DNA of 42,635 nucleotides from a virus (taxonomy: Duplodnaviria > Caudoviricetes), in the IMG/VR virus record IMGVR_UViG_3300010206_000012, positions 1-42,635 of that record. One strand, given 5' to 3'. The notes beneath the pieces were generated by a model. That model ran no database searches. It was given only the letters and a program-made list of their open reading frames with translations, and had not been told where the DNA came from. Both the position numbers and the translations under genes were made by a program. Shown piece by piece: positions 36,344 through 42,635 of the stretch; within the stretch, counting starts at the first letter, position 1; the number at the start of each line of letters is the position of its first letter.

Positions 36344-36436
36344 GATTTAGTGGCATGAAAATTTTAGCGACGCAACTAAAAAGTTTAGCATAACTGACGA
36401 GTATTTCAGTCGGTAAGTGACTACCTAACACCCACG
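36344..36436. promoter_or_regulatory. cI/cro divergent control region with operator-like sites
   Basis: AT-rich; palindrome TTTTAG-N8-CTAAAA (36362-36381); AAGTTTAGCATAACTGA (36381-36397) recurs at 37400. Confidence 0.6.
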
Positions 36437-37048
36437 ATGGATGAAAAGTGGTTCAAACTTCAGCAAAAGAAGGCAGGGGTGACCGCAGAAGACATCGCGG
36501 CACGCCTCGGCAAGGCGCGCTCGAACGTCTCGCACATCTACTCCGGCAAGCAGAAGATGAGCCTCGACTGGGCGCAGGCCTTTGCTGAAGCTTTCGGTTG
36601 CACCGTCGCCGAAGTGCTTGAGCGCGCGGGCGCCGCGCCGGTCGCGGTTACGCAGCAGCTCACCCCTGGATACGCCGAAAGCGACGCAATTCCCTTCGTG
36701 CACATGGGCCCGGAAGATCGGGCCACCCCCGCTATCGCCCAGGCATTTGGGCAACGTGAGGGCGTCGATATCTGGAGGGCGCGCACATCAGCCATGGCGC
36801 TGGCTGGCTACTTGCCGGGCGATCATTTGCTGGTCGACACGAATGCTGCCGAACGGCTCAAGCCTGGTGACATAGTGATTGCTGAGGTTTACGAACATGG
36901 GCGAGGGGTTGCGGCCACCCTGCTGCGGCGGTTCGAGCCGCCAGTCCTGATCGCTGAGACGACGTCGCAGGAGCAAAGGCGCGTGCACGTCGTCGACGGA
37001 ACAAACGTTGTGATAAAAGGGAAAGTCATCGCAAGCTGGAGGGCTTAG
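36437..37048 (+). CDS. cI: CI-like repressor (XRE HTH + S24-like domain)
   Basis: GVTAEDIAARLGKARSNVSHIYSG HTH; M..AGYLPGD.LLVD..PGDIVIA..T..RR..IKGKVI S24 fold. Confidence 0.85.
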   Translation: MDEKWFKLQQKKAGVTAEDIAARLGKARSNVSHIYSGKQKMSLDWAQAFAEAFGCTVAEVLERAGAAPVAVTQQLTPGYAESDAIPFVHMGPEDRATPAIAQAFGQREGVDIWRARTSAMALAGYLPGDHLLVDTNAAERLKPGDIVIAEVYEHGRGVAATLLRRFEPPVLIAETTSQEQRRVHVVDGTNVVIKGKVIASWRA

Positions 37049-37387
37049 GTGCAGCACTGTGAAGGCGGCATTCTTTGCGGGATATTCCTTCTATTTTCAG
37101 GGGTTTCGTCCGTTCTTGATGGCATATCTGTTTTGCTCGAGGCTGTTTGGCGGCCCGTTGTTTTCGCGTTCATACTGCTCGCGCCCTTCGCGGTGACTAT
37201 GAGCGGCCCTGAGGGGTATAAGCAGAAGCTGCGCGACATGCTGAATGAGGCGAAGGGCTTCTGGTCTGCGCTCAAGACTTCCCCCGTCAGAACGTTGTCT
37301 CTTTCTGCGTTCTTGGTCGGCTACGTGATATTTTTCGGATCCTTGTTCTTGGCTTCAATTGGCGTTCAAACTTGGTGGAAAAATTAA
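37049..37387 (+). CDS. Membrane protein downstream of cI (lysogen-expressed moron candidate)
   Basis: Several hydrophobic segments, lower GC; start uncertain. Confidence 0.45.
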   Translation: MQHCEGGILCGIFLLFSGVSSVLDGISVLLEAVWRPVVFAFILLAPFAVTMSGPEGYKQKLRDMLNEAKGFWSALKTSPVRTLSLSAFLVGYVIFFGSLFLASIGVQTWWKN

Positions 37388-37399
37388 GCGCCCTCGATG

Positions 37400-37455
37400 A
37401 AGTTTAGAAAAACTGAAATTATGAGTTGACAGTAGCAACCTGTCACCCCTAACTT
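37400..37455 (+). promoter_or_regulatory. Early-left promoter/operator
   Basis: AAGTTTAGAAAAACTGA operator copy; TTGACA at 37426 with TAACTT 18 bp later; TGACAG-N7-CTGTCA palindrome. Confidence 0.6.
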
Positions 37456-37485
37456 CTGTGCAGTTGCAATGCACAGAGGTGCCCC

Positions 37486-37749
37486 ATGCCCACGATCCCC
37501 CCGGTGGTGCCGCAGGCCTCGGTCTCGGTCTCCGATGAACTTCTTGAACAGGCCATCGCGGCCTCGGTCGCCTTCGAGGAAGGCCGCCCCGACAGCATCG
37601 ATGAGGCCGCCCAGGCGCTTTTCCTGCATGTCGCTGGCCCCGCGATGCGCGAATGCCTGCAGTTGCGCCGCCGCGCCAAGCTGATCCGCGATCTGGCCGA
37701 TGGCTCGAACGTGATCCTGTTCACTGGCCCGCTGGGCAAGGTGAGCTGA
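37486..37749 (+). CDS. Hypothetical protein
   Basis: GAGGT RBS; first gene of the early-left operon. Confidence 0.6.
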   Translation: MPTIPPVVPQASVSVSDELLEQAIAASVAFEEGRPDSIDEAAQALFLHVAGPAMRECLQLRRRAKLIRDLADGSNVILFTGPLGKVS

Positions 37750-37750
37750 G

Positions 37751-38032
37751 ATGAGCGCCCATCTCGCCACCGCCTCCTTTGCCCTGATGACCGCCGCCGA
37801 ACGGCACGGCGCGCGCATTGCGCTGGAAGCCATGCGCCTGCACGGCGCGCGGCTGGAAATGTCGGGCCGCTTGATCGGCTCCACCGATGCCAGCCCCGTG
37901 CCGCGCGGCGAGCTGCTCCAGCACACCGGCCGCATGGTCCAGATCGTCGCCGATCTGGCCGAGCTCTCGCTCGATTGCGCCGCGGGTGCCTCGGTCATCC
38001 ATCTTCCCAATCCGCCCGCCAAGTCGGGCTGA
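37751..38032 (+). CDS. Hypothetical protein
   Basis: Adjacent coupled ORF. Confidence 0.55.
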   Translation: MSAHLATASFALMTAAERHGARIALEAMRLHGARLEMSGRLIGSTDASPVPRGELLQHTGRMVQIVADLAELSLDCAAGASVIHLPNPPAKSG

Positions 38033-38126
38033 CCGAACCGGGGGCCGTCTGGCGGAAGCTGCCCCGCCCCCCTCCACCACTCACTCCCCGGCTGCGGGCG
38101 GCACGCCGGGGGCACGGAGCCGGAAG

Positions 38127-38333
38127 ATGTTCACCACCCTCGCCAGCCTCATCTGCCTCGCCGCCGCGGTCGCTCTCATGATCGACACGGCGGCACGCTT
38201 CGTGAGCCTCGTTTCCACGCAGGACGGCAACCACCCGGGCGATGGGCTCGGCCTTTCCCTGCGCGTCTGGGGGTCGTTCTGGCTCGCCTTCCTCGGCTTC
38301 GGCATTTTCACCCTGGGCTCGATCCATGGCTGA
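38127..38333 (+). CDS. Small two-TM membrane protein
   Basis: MFTTLASLICLAAAVALMI and VWGSFWLAFLGFGIFTLG; GGAG RBS. Confidence 0.55.
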   Translation: MFTTLASLICLAAAVALMIDTAARFVSLVSTQDGNHPGDGLGLSLRVWGSFWLAFLGFGIFTLGSIHG

Positions 38334-38529
38334 TCTCTCGATTTCCCTTGCCGCCGTCGCTGCGCAGGCACGGGCCACCAACCAACTGGTGGCCGATGTG
38401 CAGGCGATCGCGGCCGATGGCTTTGCCAATCCCGTCACCCGCGCCATGGCCCTGCAGCTGCAGGCCGCGCTGGCCACCGCCTTTTCCGATCTTCGCGTGA
38501 AGATCCAGCACAGGAGCACCGCGGCATGA
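38326..38529 (+). CDS. Hypothetical helical protein
   Basis: Overlapping start/stop coupling. Confidence 0.5.
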   Translation: MADLSISLAAVAAQARATNQLVADVQAIAADGFANPVTRAMALQLQAALATAFSDLRVKIQHRSTAA

Positions 38530-38831
38530 CCGCCCAATCCCAAATGATGCAGGCAAGCCTGCCCACCTTCATCGACACCTCGGCCGTGGCCCAAATGATC
38601 GGCTGCACGCCGGATGAATTCCTGCGTCGGCGCATCGAGCTCGAAGACAGCCACGGCTTCCCGCTGCCGCTGCCGCATTGGCGCAGGCCGCTGAAATGGC
38701 GCGCCGATCAGGTGGCGCTTTGGATCGAGGGGCAGGGCCTGCCGCGCGCGGCCGAGGTTACCCCGGCGATCGACCCGGCGCTGATCGCCGCGGGCAAGGT
38801 GGCCCTGATCGCGGAGGCGCGGCGGGGATGA
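38526..38831 (+). CDS. AlpA/excisionase-like winged HTH protein
   Basis: FIDTSAVAQMIG.T...F......GFPLP.....LKWRADQVALWI. Confidence 0.7.
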   Translation: MTAQSQMMQASLPTFIDTSAVAQMIGCTPDEFLRRRIELEDSHGFPLPLPHWRRPLKWRADQVALWIEGQGLPRAAEVTPAIDPALIAAGKVALIAEARRG

Positions 38832-39097
38832 GCAAGGAACGCAAAGGCGGTTTCGTCTATCTGCATCACGCCGAAATCATGGCCAACTCGCTCGAGCGCA
38901 GGCTGACGGACGGCGCAGACGCAAAGCAACTGCTCGAAAGCAACTCAGGCCCGGAAGGCATGCGCTGGACCCAGGGCAGCGTGACCGATCGACTGTCCTA
39001 TGCGGGCATCACCGCCACCTGCACCTGCGGCCCGCACGGCCTGCTGACCAACTGGATCGCCGCCGTGCGGCGCAAGTCAGGCAAGGCGGTGGCGTGA
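38828..39097 (+). CDS. Hypothetical protein, paralogue of 25138-25473
   Basis: EGM-x13-AGITATC-x10-W-x2-AVRR. Confidence 0.6.
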   Translation: MSKERKGGFVYLHHAEIMANSLERRLTDGADAKQLLESNSGPEGMRWTQGSVTDRLSYAGITATCTCGPHGLLTNWIAAVRRKSGKAVA

Positions 39098-39510
39098 TGG
39101 GCGCGAAACGTTTCGATCAGGAAACCGTCGATCGGGCCATTGCCCTGCGCGAAGCGGGCATATCCTATTCGATGATCTCGAAGCTCACGGGCATGTCGCG
39201 CGGCTCGATCTACTGGAAATGCCTCGCAGCCGGGGCCGAAGCGCCGAACAATCACCAGCGCCCGGGCGCCATTCGCGCGATGATCGTGCAAACGAAACGC
39301 GGGCACACCATCCGCCGCTTCACCGAAGAGGAAGATCGCAAGATCCTCGAAATGGAAGCGGCAGGCATCGGCCCGTTTCAGATCGGCAAGGCCCTTGGCC
39401 GCGCCCACAACTCGATCACCGGTCGCTTGATGGTTCTGGCCCGGCACGAGGAGCGCGCCGCGAACGGCCTGCCTCCGCTCAATGCCCCGCGCGAACGCGA
39501 GGTGGCGTGA
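39097..39510 (+). CDS. Double HTH protein (C-terminal Myb-like repeat)
   Basis: AIALREAGISYSMISKLTGMSRGSI; RFTEEEDRKIL....G....IGKALGRAHNSI..RL. Confidence 0.65.
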   Translation: MGAKRFDQETVDRAIALREAGISYSMISKLTGMSRGSIYWKCLAAGAEAPNNHQRPGAIRAMIVQTKRGHTIRRFTEEEDRKILEMEAAGIGPFQIGKALGRAHNSITGRLMVLARHEERAANGLPPLNAPREREVA

Positions 39511-39740
39511 TGATCGACTACTCCAAAACAAAACCCGGCGACAAACTGCGCATCATTGGCGCTGGCGCGCCGGGGTTCGCGGATCTCGGCGATATTGTCA
39601 CGGTAACCAAATGCAACGGTGAAAATCGCTGTGACGTTGTGCACGACCAAACAGGGCACAGCGCATATTTTGCACTCACCTGCGGCGCGCAACGCCTTGA
39701 GCGTGTGGACGATACCGAGCGCGGCGAAGGGGGTGAGTGA
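39510..39740 (+). CDS. Small SH3/KOW-like hypothetical protein
   Basis: KPGDKLRII..GDIVTV; TGATG coupling. Confidence 0.55.
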   Translation: MIDYSKTKPGDKLRIIGAGAPGFADLGDIVTVTKCNGENRCDVVHDQTGHSAYFALTCGAQRLERVDDTERGEGGE

Positions 39741-40003
39741 TGGGCGATCCGATCCAGAAAAAATATCGCAATGCGATGAACAAGCTTGCCCGGCACCTGG
39801 ACGTTGTTCTCAACGGTCCGCGCAAGCCGGGACGAAAGCCGGTGGTTGGCTTCATCTTGCTGACCGCAGAATTCGGCAAGATCGACAACGGTCGCGTCAA
39901 CTACATCAGCAATGGCGAGCGCGAAGACATGATCGCCATGCTGCGGGAATATCTGGCCCGCGTCGAAGGCCGCTACGTCGAAATCTCGCAACGCCCCCAG
40001 TGA
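39740..40003 (+). CDS. Conserved hypothetical phage protein
   Basis: GFILL..EFG....RVNYISNG.REDMI..L.E.LAR.EG. Confidence 0.65.
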   Translation: MGDPIQKKYRNAMNKLARHLDVVLNGPRKPGRKPVVGFILLTAEFGKIDNGRVNYISNGEREDMIAMLREYLARVEGRYVEISQRPQ

Positions 40004-40007
40004 TCCC

Positions 40008-41273
40008 ATGTCCAAAACCCCCCGCCTTCTGATTGCCACGCCGCCAGAGCTCGTGCGTCAGCGCCAGCGCGCCGATGGTTCGTGGCGGATCTGGTGGGAG
40101 CCCTCGGCCGCGGCGCGCCGCCTTGGCTTCGAGGTGATCGAGCTCGATGCGACCCGCCTCACCTGGTCGGTGCGCGAAGCCACGCGGATCAACCGCGAAC
40201 TTGCCAAAGCGATTGCCACCGGGCGCCGTGCCGAAGCTGCGCCGAACGGCCGCACGATCGAGGCGCTGGCAAACAAATATCTGCGCTCGGACAAGTTCCG
40301 CCGCCTCGCCCCCAAAACGCAGGACAGCTACCGCAAGGCATTCGCGCCCATCATCGTGAAATGGGGGCGCTACGCCGTGGTCGATTTCTCGAAGCCTGTC
40401 ATGCACGAGTGGCACGAGACGCTGCTGGCCACCACGTCGGATGCCACCGCCTCGGCGCGGATCCGCCACTTCTCGATCCTGATGGCCTATGCCGAACTGA
40501 TCGGCTGGCGCGCCGAAAACTCGAACCCCTGCACCAAGCTCGGCATGCGCACCCCGCAAGGGCGCCGCCGCACCGCCAGCTGGGAAGAGTTCGATGCGCT
40601 CCTCGAGGCGGCGCAGGCGCTTGGCCTGCCCTCGATGGCGCAGGCCATCACGCTCGGCCTCTACACCGGCCAGCGCCAGACCGATCTGCGCGAGGCCACG
40701 CTGGGCGCGTTTCGCCGCCGCCCGCTGCAGCTGATGGGCTGGGCCGCCCCGCGCGAGTGCTGGGTGTGGTTTTTCACCCGCTCGAAGCGCGGCAACGATG
40801 GCGCCGTGGTGATCCACGAAGATGCCGCGCCCGCTTTCGAAGCCGCAATCGCCGCGGCCAAGGCCCGCGCCATTGCCGCCGCCGGTGGCGCCCTGACGGC
40901 CGAAGCTGCTGCCGCCACGCCGCTGCTTTGGGATGATCGCGCCAATCTGCCCTTCACTGGCCGCGGCGCCGAAGACCGGTTCCAGAACCGCTGGGGCTCG
41001 ATCCGCCGCGCCGCCGCGAATGCGCTGACTGCGGCCGACAACGAAGAGGGCGCAGCCGCGCTCGCCACGCTGCAGTTTCGGGATCTGCGCCGCACCTTCG
41101 GCGCGCTCTCGCGCCGGGGCGGGGCCACGAAAGACGACACGGCCGACGTGCTGGGCAACTCCGCCGCGACCGACCAGCACCTGGCCGACATCTACATGTC
41201 GCCGCAAATCGAAACCTCCGGCCGCGCCGTCAGCGCCGTGCGCCGCCCAGAAAAGGCGAGGAAGAAGGCATGA
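40008..41273 (+). CDS. int: Tyrosine integrase
   Basis: LAPKTQDSY core domain; catalytic YTGQR..D, RDLRRT (variant HxxR), VLGN, IY. Confidence 0.9.
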   Translation: MSKTPRLLIATPPELVRQRQRADGSWRIWWEPSAAARRLGFEVIELDATRLTWSVREATRINRELAKAIATGRRAEAAPNGRTIEALANKYLRSDKFRRLAPKTQDSYRKAFAPIIVKWGRYAVVDFSKPVMHEWHETLLATTSDATASARIRHFSILMAYAELIGWRAENSNPCTKLGMRTPQGRRRTASWEEFDALLEAAQALGLPSMAQAITLGLYTGQRQTDLREATLGAFRRRPLQLMGWAAPRECWVWFFTRSKRGNDGAVVIHEDAAPAFEAAIAAAKARAIAAAGGALTAEAAAATPLLWDDRANLPFTGRGAEDRFQNRWGSIRRAAANALTAADNEEGAAALATLQFRDLRRTFGALSRRGGATKDDTADVLGNSAATDQHLADIYMSPQIETSGRAVSAVRRPEKARKKA

Positions 41274-41512
41274 GCGTCTCCGTCGACATCATGGGCAGCG
41301 GCAGCGCTTGGGCTGTCTATCACCAGGGCGCGCGGCTTTCCGGCTTCCTCAACCAGTTCGACAAGGCCTGCATCGCTGCCCGCGTCTGGGAGCAGCGCCT
41401 CTCTGCGACACCACGCCGCTGCCTGTGCTGCGGGCGGGATTTCACCAGCTTTGGCAAAGGCCATCGCATGTGCGATGCTTGCCGCGAAGACGCGCGGCAG
41501 ATGCTGGGGTGA
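41270..41512 (+). CDS. Small Zn-ribbon protein
   Basis: RRCLCCGRDFTS.GKGHRMCDAC; ATGA-coupled to int. Confidence 0.65.
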   Translation: MSVSVDIMGSGSAWAVYHQGARLSGFLNQFDKACIAARVWEQRLSATPRRCLCCGRDFTSFGKGHRMCDACREDARQMLG

Positions 41513-41517
41513 CGGAA

Positions 41518-41790
41518 ATGGTGCAAATCATGTTGAAGGATCATGACGATCCTGACTTCGGGGGAATCATCTTCGAGGCGATGACAGTTCCGACGGTTGG
41601 AAGTCAGGTTTATTTTTGGGCCGATAGTGCCGATGCGCATTGCTCTGGGCGCAGCAAGGTCTTCTCCGGCATCGTTTCGAGAGTGATCTTTTGCTACCGT
41701 GACTTCAGTGAGGCCGGGGGAGAAGGCGGCACAGTCACTGAACGTGTTGAGGTGACACTGAAAGAATGGGGTGAACAGCTTCCGCCGTGA
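41518..41790 (+). CDS. Hypothetical protein
   Basis: MVQIMLKD... ORF directly after the Zn-ribbon gene. Confidence 0.5.
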   Translation: MVQIMLKDHDDPDFGGIIFEAMTVPTVGSQVYFWADSADAHCSGRSKVFSGIVSRVIFCYRDFSEAGGEGGTVTERVEVTLKEWGEQLPP

Positions 41791-41853
41791 TCTGAGCACG
41801 GGCAATGCAGTCAGACTCACACGAATTGGTCAGATAGCTGAGGATATTTCATC

Positions 41854-42459
41854 TTGATAAGAAAAGGCTTTTCAATATTCGCTTCAGCTGTACTCGTCAT
41901 TTGGCCGGTCGTCCAGAAAACTGGCGAATTCGCTGGTTTCGTATCAGCCGTGGCACCTTCGCTGGGCTTGGACCCAAAGTACGCTCAGGTGCCATGGTGG
42001 ATCCCTGTGTCGGTCGCAGTGCTCATGCTATTTTGGGGATTTTTTCCGTCGAGCAGGGAAAGCATTCCCCGGGATGACGAGACGAGTGCAGACAAGCCGC
42101 TTGGCAACGATCAATCGATCAACATCGACACAATGATCGGTGGCACCGTGGCGCCGACTTACAACAACATTACCACGACAGTTGTGGCTCCTAGCCGCCT
42201 CGAACTCAACGAGGAGGGTTACAATGATCTCGCCAGAGAGCTTAAGGGACGGAAAGCAATAGTCACAATCGTTGGCGACAAAAGATGTCAGGAAATTGGC
42301 GAGAGGACGATCAAAGCACTCACTGCGAGGGGCATTCAGTGCCAAGATTTCTGCCGTACCGGTATGTTGGCTCCGCCGCCGAGTGGCCCCTATGTCGTTA
42401 ACTCCACAGAGAACGAAGGCGAAGCTACCCTCGTGATCAGCCCCACCACCCTGCCTTGA
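41854..42459 (+). CDS. Membrane-anchored moron protein at the prophage end
   Basis: Two or three N-terminal TM segments, soluble C-terminal domain, lower GC; GAGG RBS before TTG; own terminator. Confidence 0.6.
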   Translation: MIRKGFSIFASAVLVIWPVVQKTGEFAGFVSAVAPSLGLDPKYAQVPWWIPVSVAVLMLFWGFFPSSRESIPRDDETSADKPLGNDQSINIDTMIGGTVAPTYNNITTTVVAPSRLELNEEGYNDLARELKGRKAIVTIVGDKRCQEIGERTIKALTARGIQCQDFCRTGMLAPPPSGPYVVNSTENEGEATLVISPTTLP

Positions 42460-42480
42460 CTGTTCATCGCAAGGATAAGC

Positions 42481-42512
42481 AAAGAGCCCCGCTTTTGGCG
42501 GGGCTTTTTCTT
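42481..42512. terminator. Bidirectional Rho-independent terminator
   Basis: AAAG-AGCCCCGC-TTTTG-GCGGGGCT-TTTTCTTT. Confidence 0.8.
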
Positions 42513-42532
42513 TGCCAGTTGACTGGTCTTTT

Positions 42533-42602
42533 CAGCGTCCAACGTCGGACGCTGTCGGACGTCGGACGCTGACCAAATTGGTCAGCTACTAACGTCTTGA
42601 TT
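42533..42602. promoter_or_regulatory. Integrase arm-type repeats and IHF site
   Basis: GTCGGAC at 42544, 42554 and 42561 plus an inverted copy at 42537; AATCAAGACGTTA (minus, 42590-42602) fits WATCAANNNNTTR. Confidence 0.6.
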
Positions 42603-42614
42603 TTGCTAGATTAT

Positions 42615-42635
42615 TGGCTCCGGCGGTAGGGATCG
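42615..42635 (-). tRNA. 3' end of tRNA-Asn(GTT), truncated by the window edge; right att junction
   Basis: CGATCCCTACCGCCGGAGCCA identical to 428-448; identity inferred from the anticodon in the left copy. Confidence 0.75.

Larger units (their letters stand above)
428..42635. mobile_element. Complete temperate podovirus-like prophage integrated in tRNA-Asn
   Basis: Direct att repeats at both ends, tyrosine integrase, cI/cro, primase/helicase, terminase, portal, capsid, tubular tail, ejection and lysis genes. Confidence 0.93.

Noticed and set aside
40008-41273. Inactive integrase because of RDLR and LGN variants
   Set aside because: Both catalytic Arg residues and the Tyr are present, and His-position substitutions are tolerated in tyrosine recombinases

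Overview
Almost the whole window (about 428-42635) is one apparently complete temperate podovirus-type prophage with BPP-1/APSE-like head, tail and ejection-gene order. It is integrated into a tRNA-Asn(GTT) gene. The duplicated 3' 46 nt of the tRNA lie at 428-473, and the tRNA 3' end reappears at 42615 and is cut by the window edge. GapR and RcGTA head-spike homologues suggest an alphaproteobacterial, probably Rhodobacteraceae, host. The minus strand runs cro, early genes, primase, helicase, iteron origin, terminase, portal, scaffold, capsid, tail, ejection proteins, tailspike, lysis and head-spike genes. The plus strand carries cI, the early-left operon and the integrase. The most interesting parts are: (1) an oppositely oriented, operator-controlled LPD29 / 51-aa ORF / Aca-like HTH operon inserted in the replication module, a candidate new anti-defence operon; (2) GTA-like head-spike genes whose fibre carries an SGNH O-acetylesterase; (3) a C4-antisense-RNA-controlled BRO antirepressor cassette bounded by duplicated hairpins, paired with a CI that appears to lack its autocleavage residues; (4) a DUF2829/Tad2 plus GapR cluster between terminase and portal; (5) an ejection protein with muramidase and ddrB-like ParB domains; (6) a holin-endolysin fusion; and (7) a structured capsid leader RNA. 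All family assignments come from motif recognition by eye, with no database searches.
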